Source: a candidate division WOR-3 bacterium
GTDB taxonomy: Bacteria; Hydrothermota; Hydrothermia; LBFQ01
Length of the DNA stretch: 53,926 bases
NCBI GenBank assembly: GCA_015490465.1
Contig: WFXS01000013.1
Location: forward strand, 1 to 53,926
Direction: 5' to 3'
The notes beneath the pieces were generated by a model. It was not told the origin of the DNA, searched no databases, and was given only the letters and a program-made list of their open reading frames with translations. Position numbers and translations under genes: made by a program. Positions 19,094-28,182 of this stretch are shown here, in pieces; position 1 is the first letter of the stretch; each line of letters opens with the position of its first letter.

Positions 19094-19175
19094 AAAAAAG
19101 CGACCTGCAATTATACGGCCGTTAGGCAGGTCGCAACGTACCCAAACCCTCTCAGGGGGCAGGGTGCGTATTCTA
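19094..19175 (-). promoter_or_regulatory. Structured 5' leader of tuf-S10 with a terminator-like hairpin
   Basis: TAGAAT (19170-19175), then an imperfect stem ACGCACCC/GGGTACGT, then a perfect 9-bp stem GCGACCTGC/GCAGGTCGC (19100-19134) followed by T6. Confidence 0.6.
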
Positions 19176-19386
19176 AAGCAGTCGGACGGGAAAGTTTTAG
19201 GGTTTCAACGCCCATACCTCCTCTGTCAGGTACGTCTATGTACGTTCGCCCCCTCCCTCATCTTTTACCCATGCACGGTACGAAACTATGTGAATTACCG
19301 GGTGTACCCTGATAAATGGAAAAGCATAATTCTGAATCGTTCAAATGAACACGGGCAGACCCTTTTGCTGCCATTATAATGGAACG

Positions 19387-20928
19387 TTACCTTATAATAG
19401 CCCTCATATACCCTCCCGATTTCAGGATATACACCCCCTTCCTCTTCGGTCTGAAACCGGAGTACGACCCTCTGTAAATTAACCTCCCGTCCGTGCTGTA
19501 TATTTCAACTTCGCTGTCCGGCACGCTGCACATCCTCTCCTCTACGGTGAGGGAGGTATCCCCTACACCAATAACACATATGCTGCTGAACGTCAGGGGC
19601 CACGTCCTGAAGTGCAGGGTTGTGAGGTCGGTGGCCGGGTAACTCGTAAGGGTATGGCCTGTGCCGGTTGTGAAGGATAGCGATGTGGTTGATGGGTAGT
19701 AGGTACCGGATATACAGCTGGAGCATCCGCTTCCGGACGTATCCACTTTTATGAGCCATGGTTTTCCGTTCGCCCAGCCTACTAAGAGGAGGTTACCGTC
19801 GGGCATGACGGTGAGGCCGTAGATCCTTTCCCTTCCCGAAAGACCGTAGGTCTTGAGCCATAGGACGTTGCCGTTGGTGTCGGCCTTGACCAGAAAACCG
19901 TCTTCCCCTCCTGCTCCCCAGGTGGTGGTATAGCCCACGGCGTAGACGTGGCCGTTGTAGTAGAGGAGGTCGTATACGACTTCGTTCCCCGATGTGCGAA
20001 TCGTCTTTAGCCACGAGCCGTTTCCACTCGTGTCCATTTTCATAAAGTAGAGGTCCCAATCACCGGAAGATGGTTTAGCGATTCCAGATACGAAGATGGA
20101 TCCTGCAGATATGCGTGCAGTACGGGCATCACCACCCCAACCAAATCCCACTGAGTACGAAGGAATCCTCACGTTTTTGCTCCAGAGAATGTTCAGGAGA
20201 GTATCAACGGCGAATACCTTGAGTCTCGCATCAGAGGGCCAACCTCCACCACCGAAGAGAAGAACTTTGTTGTCGGATAGGATCTCAATGTCGCTTAACC
20301 CACTGTTAAGGTAGGAACTACTGCTATTACCATGAAAGGTCCTTATACGGAGAAGATTGCCGGAGGGATCGTATAAAGCCACTTTCGCGTCCGCACCATC
20401 GCATGCACAACTGGTCTCCCGTCCAGCAACTATAAAGATCCCGTTCCAGAGATCTACCTTTCGCAGGTGTGCGCCCAGATAGTTCCCGCAACAGTTCCAT
20501 CTTGATCTGGGTACCCTCCTCACCCTGTACCATACGAGGTTGAGGTTGCGATCAAACTTCGCCACGAAGTGGGATGGTGCCGGAGAGGGAGGAGCAGAGC
20601 CGTAAAACATCCCTCCCATGACCACGTAAGCGCTGTCGGGTGTGGTGATGATATGCCTTGGACCCACGGTTCCACCGAAGCCAACGAGGTTGCTCCTCAG
20701 GACGTTCCCGTCCGGGTCTATCTCAAGGAGGGCGAGGTAACTCGTCCCTGCGGAGTCAATGCGAGCGGCTACCACGATAGATGTCCCCGAAAGACTTAAG
20801 GTAGCAGATTCGGCGTATCCGCTACCGAAGGGATCGGCGTTGTAGTTCCTGCACCAGTAGGAGATCTGGGCGTCCAGACGCCCAAGCGCAAGGCCCATCA
20901 AAAGCGCTGCGGTTATGCTCCTTTTCAT
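19387..20928 (-). CDS. Secreted beta-propeller-like repeat protein with T9SS-like CTD
   Basis: Classical signal peptide MKRSITAALLMGLALGRLDA; repeats 'K.D..GN..W.KT'; C-terminal IYSTDGRLI...GVYIL. Confidence 0.75.
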   Translation of the reverse strand: MKRSITAALLMGLALGRLDAQISYWCRNYNADPFGSGYAESATLSLSGTSIVVAARIDSAGTSYLALLEIDPDGNVLRSNLVGFGGTVGPRHIITTPDSAYVVMGGMFYGSAPPSPAPSHFVAKFDRNLNLVWYRVRRVPRSRWNCCGNYLGAHLRKVDLWNGIFIVAGRETSCACDGADAKVALYDPSGNLLRIRTFHGNSSSSYLNSGLSDIEILSDNKVLLFGGGGWPSDARLKVFAVDTLLNILWSKNVRIPSYSVGFGWGGDARTARISAGSIFVSGIAKPSSGDWDLYFMKMDTSGNGSWLKTIRTSGNEVVYDLLYYNGHVYAVGYTTTWGAGGEDGFLVKADTNGNVLWLKTYGLSGRERIYGLTVMPDGNLLLVGWANGKPWLIKVDTSGSGCSSCISGTYYPSTTSLSFTTGTGHTLTSYPATDLTTLHFRTWPLTFSSICVIGVGDTSLTVEERMCSVPDSEVEIYSTDGRLIYRGSYSGFRPKRKGVYILKSGGYMRAIIR

Positions 20929-21677
20929 TTTCCACCTCCTTTTAGGCTGTAAGATATGCCCATATAAGGGGATAGAGTACTTTTAGTTGTATACCCTGCT
21001 CCGTGGTAATTAAAGTAGTTCAATTTGCTTATTCCGAACTCCGCAAAAAATTTCTTATACGATATATTTGTGTCAATTATTATGTATCTGTCATGCCCAG
21101 ATATAAGTTGATCTATCATATAAAATAGATCATGCTCGTACCTATTTAACATTAGAACTGATATTAACAAAATGTAATCCTTAGTGTATATTCTTACCCC
21201 TATGAACGGTATCGCATAATATGCGAAACCTAACTTAACCGGACCGATCATAACATAAGGATCAAGGAAGGCATAATTTGATAGATTTGAGCTGTTATAG
21301 CATGTGCTACAATAATTCGCCACTATTCCGAGATTACAGTCCATACCGATGAACACATCGGGTGCCGTGATAGGTGCGAAGAACTCACGTATAGAGCCGG
21401 GTGTCAGATTGTATTCAATATTAAACGAATAACCTACATGAGTTCCAATATTATTTATTTCTCCGCTTCCGGAATTTACAGAGTCGTCAATAACATAACG
21501 ATAGGCATACCTTCCATTTGTAAACGAACCTTGAACGAATATTTCATGCTCAAAGTTGAAACCCTTCGGTTTCTCACGATCCACTTTGAATATGGGCGTT
21601 GATGTCAGGTAAGGTTCAACGAACCCTGCAAGAACCGTCACGATGCACATCCACATCATAAGGTATTTTAATCCCAA
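20925..21677 (-). CDS. Hypothetical exported protein, possible beta-barrel; AT-rich
   Basis: 250 aa ORF, hydrophobic N-terminus, C-terminal strand PYMGISYSL; stop overlaps the next ATG. Confidence 0.6.
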   Translation of the reverse strand: MGLKYLMMWMCIVTVLAGFVEPYLTSTPIFKVDREKPKGFNFEHEIFVQGSFTNGRYAYRYVIDDSVNSGSGEINNIGTHVGYSFNIEYNLTPGSIREFFAPITAPDVFIGMDCNLGIVANYCSTCYNSSNLSNYAFLDPYVMIGPVKLGFAYYAIPFIGVRIYTKDYILLISVLMLNRYEHDLFYMIDQLISGHDRYIIIDTNISYKKFFAEFGISKLNYFNYHGAGYTTKSTLSPYMGISYSLKGGGK

Positions 21678-21745
21678 TGGGCTATCACAGGCGGGTCAAT
21701 AATTTTTGAATTTATAGAAGACATACTGACGAACCCACGGTTTGT

Positions 21746-22612
21746 TTACTCTATCTCCTCAACTTTGACCTTCTTTCTCCGCCATGGCCGTATGCGATAG
21801 GATATACTGGCGTCTATAAAGGCTATGTTCCCCCACTCCCTTGACCTGATGTGCATTACGCCCAACGTCCCCGTTAAGTCTTTAAAGTTCACGTTGAGAG
21901 TCATAAGTGGAATAGATCGGGAAGCATCAACGTACTCTTCCCATCCAACACGGATGAGATAAGCAAACCATGCCGTTCTCAAATCACCACTTATAGACAG
22001 GTACGGTATGGGCCTTATTGATATGCCGGCAATTGTGGCGTCAAGTTTCAGGAGATAGCAGCTCTTGAAAAGTCCGGGGCATATATCCCACGGATACCTT
22101 TCTAATACCGTCCAACTGTCCAACATTTCTAAGGCGGTCGGGTACGATAATAGCGACAAACTAACATTAAATGGAATAAAGCGTATATATTTTGAATTTA
22201 TATCTACATACGTGTTAAGGGTCAGGGAAGGGAACAGGACATCAACCGTATCGTATCTGTAGGGAAAGTAATAGGGGTCCTCAACTCTTGTTGCAAGTAC
22301 CCTTACGTTCCGTGAAGCCCTGAAATACCCTGAGAATCCCCATCCGACTCTGGAGTCTCCGAACTTCCTGTACGTATTAACAACCGCATAACCGTCGTAC
22401 TGATAGGAGTATGTAAAAGGCCAATCACCGTACATATTCATATACCCTCCCCCCACTCCAACGCTAACACCGGCCTTTCCGAAGTTGTCCGTATACGTAG
22501 GATACATGGGGAAGCTTGCCGCGCCCTGGTAGTACCCCTGTTTATCAATAAACACCACACCCGAAATACATCCCGAAAGAAATACCGAAAGCGCTATTAC
22601 GAGCCTTTTCAT
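21746..22612 (-). CDS. Hypothetical lipoprotein, beta-rich
   Basis: Lipobox LSGC at residue 15; alternating aromatic strands; FIDASISYRI near the end. Confidence 0.65.
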   Translation of the reverse strand: MKRLVIALSVFLSGCISGVVFIDKQGYYQGAASFPMYPTYTDNFGKAGVSVGVGGGYMNMYGDWPFTYSYQYDGYAVVNTYRKFGDSRVGWGFSGYFRASRNVRVLATRVEDPYYFPYRYDTVDVLFPSLTLNTYVDINSKYIRFIPFNVSLSLLSYPTALEMLDSWTVLERYPWDICPGLFKSCYLLKLDATIAGISIRPIPYLSISGDLRTAWFAYLIRVGWEEYVDASRSIPLMTLNVNFKDLTGTLGVMHIRSREWGNIAFIDASISYRIRPWRRKKVKVEEIE

Positions 22613-23562
22613 TCTTCCTCCTCCACGTTTATCTTAAACTTTCTTACGTCATCGTTTACGCGCACTTTCAGGATGTAGGTGCCGGTTTTGAGGTTCAGGC
22701 GGTAGGTGTGTTTCCCTTCCTGCAGGGTACCGAGGTCCTTCTCGTCCAACAGGGTACCGTCGGGGGATAGGATGAAGTACCTCACCCTCACCTGACCGCC
22801 ATCCACCGTAATGATGAGACTATCTCCCTGAACCGTAACGTTATAGGTTTCGCCTTCACCTTCTATCTCCCTTGAGGACGTAATCCCCTTAACCGCCATA
22901 ACCGGGTGGCCGTTCAGATAAACCTTCACCTTCCCCTTCTCTATAAGAGGATAAACGTTTAAGCCCCTTGAAGCCTCCTTGTATCCCCCGGCTATCTTAT
23001 ACCCCTCCTCTGAATATACCTCGTACTTGAGTTTTCCCTCCACAGGCGTGTAAACGTACAGACTATCCCCTTTGACGTAGAAGTAGGTTGGCATACCCTG
23101 AGGGTAGCGGCAGTAGGCACGGAGCTTTTTGAAGTTCTTCCTCAAATCCTTTACCCTGACCTTCTGGTATCTGAAAAAGGCGTTATCCAGACCGCAACCT
23201 ATGGAACCTACGAGAAATTCTGCCGGTACGGTGAGGATCAACAGAAGGCCGTGCAGTATGGATGCCGACATCATTAAGGGGGTGAAGACGAGCCAGAAAG
23301 TGGAAACGTTCCCCCTGTCGTATACGGGAACAACTACGCTTGATACCTCCTCTAAGGGCATTGAGTACGTCCTGCCTTCCTTGATTATCCACAGCGTATG
23401 ACTGTCAACGGCGAGGAGTTCGTCGGCCACTATTCTCTTACCCTTCACGGAAAATATAACGGCCGGCATGCCGCGGGGGTCGGTTGAGGGGTACCTTCTG
23501 GGAGTAACTACGGAGGCACATCCGCTCAAAAACACGACTAAAACGAGCAGCCCCCTCATCAC
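22609..23562 (-). CDS. Hypothetical lipoprotein with C-terminal CTD/Ig-like domains
   Basis: Lipobox LSGC; internal hydrophobic hairpin; ends ILSPDGTLL...LKTGTYILKVRVND. Confidence 0.65.
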   Translation of the reverse strand: MMRGLLVLVVFLSGCASVVTPRRYPSTDPRGMPAVIFSVKGKRIVADELLAVDSHTLWIIKEGRTYSMPLEEVSSVVVPVYDRGNVSTFWLVFTPLMMSASILHGLLLILTVPAEFLVGSIGCGLDNAFFRYQKVRVKDLRKNFKKLRAYCRYPQGMPTYFYVKGDSLYVYTPVEGKLKYEVYSEEGYKIAGGYKEASRGLNVYPLIEKGKVKVYLNGHPVMAVKGITSSREIEGEGETYNVTVQGDSLIITVDGGQVRVRYFILSPDGTLLDEKDLGTLQEGKHTYRLNLKTGTYILKVRVNDDVRKFKINVEEEE

Positions 23563-25082
23563 AGACCTCCTTTCCTTTCGTACTTGCTGTTCCAGAAGCC
23601 CTCCTCAAGGGCGCGTTCTACCTCTTTGTACTTCGGCGTTAGCAAGCGGAAGTACACGTCCGGAAGGGTGTAAAGTAGGGCGAGCATTACGGGGTTCTCC
23701 TCCTTAACCCACTCCTTCCTCTGCCACTCGTAGTAGTACCCCGTTGAGGCCAGAAACAGGCGATAACTACGGCCAGAGTACCTGCTGAGGTCAAATCTGA
23801 AGACCACCGTATCCCCCGGAAGGAGAATAACCGGAAACTCCTTACCAACCCCTCCCCTCTGTATCCCGCTGACGTCCATATCAAAGGGAGATATAACAAC
23901 GGGGTTTCCCTCCCCAACTACATCCGCAACCCCCACGTAATCTATCTTCCAGAAGCCTTTCGTACCCACGAGAAGCACCTCGTACTCCCCCTCATTTAGA
24001 TAGCCCAGATCTACTGCGGCGTTGTTGTGGGCGATGGGTCCTACCTCCGAGATCTCCCCCATAACCTCACCGTTCAGTATCACCTTCAACTTTCCAAACC
24101 TTGCAAATACCCCTCTCTTCCGAAAACTACCCTTTCCCTTCTCCTCAAGCATCTTTAGGTATTTCGGATAGTTCCATCCCATATAGGCTATGCTCTGGTA
24201 GAGGAGAAAAGTCGTCATCAGCGTTTGCCTGTAGGTTATCACGAGACCCTTCCTTCCAGCCCTCTCAACCTCTATCCTTACCCTTAAGGTCTCCGGAGTT
24301 AGGAGGTTGTTGGAATCCGCCCAGCTCCTGTACTCGTACCCGTCCCTTACCTTTACCATATCTGTCCTGTTCCCATCCTCCGTCAGAAACGCCTTCACTG
24401 GCCTCTCGTTCTTCACCCTCAGGAAGGCCCTCTCGTCTGGTGTTGTATATACTTCCTCGTCTTCACCCTTTTCAACGAGTATCAGTTTCTGATCCACTAT
24501 GTACTGGGTCTCAAGGGCTTCGTTCTTGGCCACTACGGAAAGGGTACCTGCAGGAGGTGTCCTCTCAAGCATATCAATATCGGTTTCCATCAGGGACTTC
24601 GCTATGGACATGGAGAAGCCCTCCGCCTCAAGGTTCCACCTGTGACCGTCATACGTGTAATACACCGGACAGGAGCCGAAAGCGGCCTTTACTGTGACAA
24701 ATGCCAAAGGTGTCCAACTTATAGCACACATTACAACGTCTACTGTTATCAAAAGGGTGCGAACTTTGTTAAGTGATAAAGAGTACTCGTTGACTTCCAC
24801 CAGGGCTATGCTATCCTTGTGAAGTTTAAACCTTCCCTTCTCTACGAGCCTTCTTGAAGGAGAGTAAAGGCTTCCCTTAAAAGTTATGTAATCTCCCTCC
24901 ACCTTTATGCTCTCCGCCACGTATACGCTTCCGTCCCACATGTGGAACTTTATGCCTGCCGCTTTCCCACTTTTCAGGCGTTCCGGCTTCACTAAGTATC
25001 TATCAAGGTGTTTGTACGTGCATCCTCCTACCACCGAGATAAGGGCCAGGACAAGAATTGCGGCCTTAATCTTCCCCTTCAT
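23559..25082 (-). CDS. Hypothetical lipoprotein (GSCP-motif family)
   Basis: Lipobox VGGC; internal TM-like segment followed by GSCPVYYTYDG...EAEGF...NEALETQY; GYYYEW near the C-terminus. Confidence 0.7.
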   Translation of the reverse strand: MKGKIKAAILVLALISVVGGCTYKHLDRYLVKPERLKSGKAAGIKFHMWDGSVYVAESIKVEGDYITFKGSLYSPSRRLVEKGRFKLHKDSIALVEVNEYSLSLNKVRTLLITVDVVMCAISWTPLAFVTVKAAFGSCPVYYTYDGHRWNLEAEGFSMSIAKSLMETDIDMLERTPPAGTLSVVAKNEALETQYIVDQKLILVEKGEDEEVYTTPDERAFLRVKNERPVKAFLTEDGNRTDMVKVRDGYEYRSWADSNNLLTPETLRVRIEVERAGRKGLVITYRQTLMTTFLLYQSIAYMGWNYPKYLKMLEEKGKGSFRKRGVFARFGKLKVILNGEVMGEISEVGPIAHNNAAVDLGYLNEGEYEVLLVGTKGFWKIDYVGVADVVGEGNPVVISPFDMDVSGIQRGGVGKEFPVILLPGDTVVFRFDLSRYSGRSYRLFLASTGYYYEWQRKEWVKEENPVMLALLYTLPDVYFRLLTPKYKEVERALEEGFWNSKYERKGGL

Positions 25083-25800
25083 CCTTTATAACCTCCGGTT
25101 TTGCTTTACGCCCTATCCCGATATCCGTAATGCTAAGTATAACCCCGACGCTTACCCGAACGTCCCTCCCGTAAAACCTTTCAATTGTTATGTTCTCCAA
25201 CTTATAATAGGTGTTATACCAGTATATCTGGGGAACGACTGCGATGTATAAGTTCATACCGTTGTCCGTGATATAAACGTATTCAATCGGGAAATTCCAC
25301 TGTCTTCTACAACTCATGTATTCAAAGGCCAGCGAAAGCACACCTTTCCTCTTAAGCTTTCCGTATACGCTGAAGACGCGTTCCCTACCCGAAGCTAAGT
25401 CGTTTATACAGAGCATCCATCCCCAATAAATACCGATGGAGAATCCGCCAGCGCTTGCACTCCAGAAGAGGGACAAAGGGTATATATCAAAGTCAAGCAG
25501 ACGCCTCACATCGCCAACTAAGGAGTAGCCGTACTCTATAGATGAAAACATACCGAGTCGGATGGTGTTAAACAGCTTAGGACCGACTTGCACGCCTAGA
25601 CTTCCCTGAAATGTAGGGTAGCCACTTCTGTAAACCACAACCGTATCTGCGTAGCCGTAGTAAGGCAGGGAAGTTTTATAAATACCTTCCAACCTTTCAT
25701 AAACATATCCCCCACCTCCACCTACCCTCAACCATCCACCCAACCCTACATCCCCCAACGGCGGAACGTATCCAAACGTCAAAAGGGCAACACCCGACAT
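25066..25800 (-). CDS. Hypothetical beta-rich (outer-membrane?) protein
   Basis: 244 aa, Gly/Tyr-rich amphipathic strands; SD GAGGT. Confidence 0.6.
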   Translation of the reverse strand: MSGVALLTFGYVPPLGDVGLGGWLRVGGGGGYVYERLEGIYKTSLPYYGYADTVVVYRSGYPTFQGSLGVQVGPKLFNTIRLGMFSSIEYGYSLVGDVRRLLDFDIYPLSLFWSASAGGFSIGIYWGWMLCINDLASGRERVFSVYGKLKRKGVLSLAFEYMSCRRQWNFPIEYVYITDNGMNLYIAVVPQIYWYNTYYKLENITIERFYGRDVRVSVGVILSITDIGIGRKAKPEVIKDEGED

Positions 25801-25810
25801 TTCTACCTCA

Positions 25811-26467
25811 TCACCACACCCTCACATCCACTCCCAACCCCAAACGCGGACCGGAGAGGTCAAATTTCTTGCAGTCCCCCGAGCATTCTAAAAGGACATC
25901 AAAATCCCTGTCCAAAAAAATATCATTGCCTTCTTTATCCTTACCCTTGTAGTTTTTAGCGCTGACCATGGGGTAGCTCAGCGAGATGTAAGGGGATATC
26001 CTTCCAAAGGGGAATTTTACGGATATGGAGGGATTGAAACCGAGAACCAAAGGCGCGCTGAACTGGTAGGTCTTTTTCTCCTCGTGTGGGCTTGGATAGG
26101 AGTAGTAATCGTAATACTCGTACTTAGCGCGGGAATATACGACAGGTACGCCGATGGCAGCCTCTAACATCACCCTGCCCAGAGCGGTCTCCAGAGATGC
26201 GAAAGGCTCAAAGAACACGGAAGAGACGTCTATATGCCTATAGTACTTGCTGGACGAGCTTGCACCACCCCATCTGACGAGCATCATATCGTACCGGAGT
26301 GTTAGACCCGTCTGAAGACCAAACGGCCATGAGTAGTACGCCCTGAAACCCCCTCCGAAGGTCCTGCCTAAGTCAATGCGGGCGTACCCATCCGAGGAGG
26401 TCGTATCCCAGCTGTACATCTCACCGGTTGCAACACCACCGTATAGGATAGGCCCTACGTAGATCAT
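25811..26467 (-). CDS. Putative outer-membrane beta-barrel protein
   Basis: Amphipathic strands; C-terminus DLSGPRLGLGVDVRVW ends in an aromatic beta-signal. Confidence 0.65.
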   Translation of the reverse strand: MIYVGPILYGGVATGEMYSWDTTSSDGYARIDLGRTFGGGFRAYYSWPFGLQTGLTLRYDMMLVRWGGASSSSKYYRHIDVSSVFFEPFASLETALGRVMLEAAIGVPVVYSRAKYEYYDYYSYPSPHEEKKTYQFSAPLVLGFNPSISVKFPFGRISPYISLSYPMVSAKNYKGKDKEGNDIFLDRDFDVLLECSGDCKKFDLSGPRLGLGVDVRVW

Positions 26468-27213
26468 CTTCCACCTCCTACGTTCAACCTTACGAAGACC
26501 CTCAAACGCGCGCCGCTGAGGTTGTCCCTGAAGTAGAAGGTAGGCCAGTGATAATCCTCAGTCGGCCAGATAAACATACTTTCACTGGAAAAAGTAAGTA
26601 CGGCGTTGTAAGTGGTGTCCCATGTGGCTCCTCCATCCAGATCTTTCCAGATTGCCTTCACACTTCCGTTGTACCTCTGGAGTACCATGTGGTCGTATCC
26701 GGCGTTTAAGCCCACGCTAAGGAGCGGGTGTACCCTGTAGGCCACCTCAAGGGCAAAACCTCCCCCTACCGTTCTGTTGGGTCTCATGGTGGAGTTAAAA
26801 GTTATGTTAAAACCATACGCCGTATATGAAGTTTTCCACGACAACTTTAACAGGGGGTAGAGAAGTCTCGTGTACGCGGCGAACTCTACAGGCCCCACCT
26901 CCTTCCTGACTCCAAAGACTGCACCTGCGATAACACCCGAAAGGTTAGAACTCATGGTATACTCTTCCCCGTAGTCGGGAAATTTGGCCCACACCTTCCT
27001 GTTCAAAAACACGGGACGGGCATCTACGAGGAACAGAAAACCGCCCACACCTACACCTGCTGCGACGCCGTACTCGGGGACGAAGGAGACCACATCCACT
27101 GTGTATTCCACCTGATCCGCCTTGTACACGCTATCCTTATAGCGTGCGTACTCGTTCCACTGATCCATCGCAAAGTAATCCATTCCCCCATAGGGCTGTA
27201 GAATAAACATCAT
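26464..27213 (-). CDS. Putative outer-membrane beta-barrel protein
   Basis: Amphipathic strands (GGGFALEVAYRV, SVGLNAGY); C-terminus NLSGARLRVFVRLNV resembles that of the neighbouring gene. Confidence 0.65.
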   Translation of the reverse strand: MMFILQPYGGMDYFAMDQWNEYARYKDSVYKADQVEYTVDVVSFVPEYGVAAGVGVGGFLFLVDARPVFLNRKVWAKFPDYGEEYTMSSNLSGVIAGAVFGVRKEVGPVEFAAYTRLLYPLLKLSWKTSYTAYGFNITFNSTMRPNRTVGGGFALEVAYRVHPLLSVGLNAGYDHMVLQRYNGSVKAIWKDLDGGATWDTTYNAVLTFSSESMFIWPTEDYHWPTFYFRDNLSGARLRVFVRLNVGGGR

Positions 27214-28073
27214 AGCCCACCTCCTTTTGAGTTTGTCGCTACCCCCGGCACCCAGCGCAGGCCGGGGACGTTGAGCTGCATATAAACCTCAAGGTCGGCG
27301 GTGTAAGGACCCGATCCGCTTATGCTTAGCACCCTGACAACGCCGAAGTAGTCGTTGTTGTCCATAGAGCCGTAGCCGGTGGACGTGTTATCCGCCCAGA
27401 AGAAGTAAAAACCTCCGGAAGCGACCTGTCTAACGACGCGATAGTTACCTATCCCAGGGGCCAGGCTACCGCTCGTATTAGGTGTGAAGGCCAGCTCCAT
27501 CCTGGCCTGACCGACCGAAGTCGCGCTTGCGTCCCTGAACTCGGGCGTACCGTAGGAGTAGTTGTTGTAGAATACGAACCATCCCGTGTTGGGAGCGGTA
27601 ATATCCACGGATGACTGCGGTACGAGAACCACATCACCCGCTGAGAAGTCCATTTTAACCCACGAATAACCCGATATGCCGTCGTGGGATACCAGTCCGG
27701 ATACGGAGGCGGAAACGGGTGTCAGGTCTATGGACACCCTCTTCTCGTCGCCCTCGTTGTACGCGGAGACCTCCACCCTCTGGCATACGTGGCTGGCACC
27801 CGGTATTGTGTAGGTTGTATCTATAATCCGCCTTATCTCGTTTCCGTCGCAATATATCTTGTACCCTTTCGCGTTCTCAACGGAACTCCAGATTATCCTC
27901 AGGTCTTGCCCGTCGTTTACGGCCGTTTTTGATACGATCGTGGGACTGCCGCCGAGAGGGGGAGGTGTCTCCGGACCCGTGGGGCCTCCACTGTCGGACT
28001 CCTTCTTACATCCTCCAAGGAGCAAAGCCCCCGTAAGTAGGACACTAACAATCGTGCAGATGTATGTTCTCAT
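27210..28073 (-). CDS. Surface lipoprotein with an FN3-like domain
   Basis: Lipobox LGGC followed by KKESD; Pro-rich linker; 'IIWSSVENAKGYKIY...VSAYN' FN3-like pattern. Confidence 0.7.
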   Translation of the reverse strand: MRTYICTIVSVLLTGALLLGGCKKESDSGGPTGPETPPPLGGSPTIVSKTAVNDGQDLRIIWSSVENAKGYKIYCDGNEIRRIIDTTYTIPGASHVCQRVEVSAYNEGDEKRVSIDLTPVSASVSGLVSHDGISGYSWVKMDFSAGDVVLVPQSSVDITAPNTGWFVFYNNYSYGTPEFRDASATSVGQARMELAFTPNTSGSLAPGIGNYRVVRQVASGGFYFFWADNTSTGYGSMDNNDYFGVVRVLSISGSGPYTADLEVYMQLNVPGLRWVPGVATNSKGGGL

Positions 28074-28182
28074 AATGCAGACGAAATTTTAATGCCCCTT
28101 CGTATTCACGGTCGGGTGGAAAATTAACGCACTTATGCCCGGCATTATCCAAAAACCCGGCTCTGTTTACTGAAATCGTCCC

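Noticed and set aside
18124-19095. Long antisense ORFs (also 32299-33498, 41108-42079, 43135-43905, 45887-46873)
   Set aside because: Shadow frames opposite well-supported genes in GC-rich, codon-biased DNA; no motifs.
19371-19382. Palindrome CCATTATAATGG as a dif site or operator
   Set aside because: Does not match the 11-6-11 dif layout, and there is no adjacent start to regulate.
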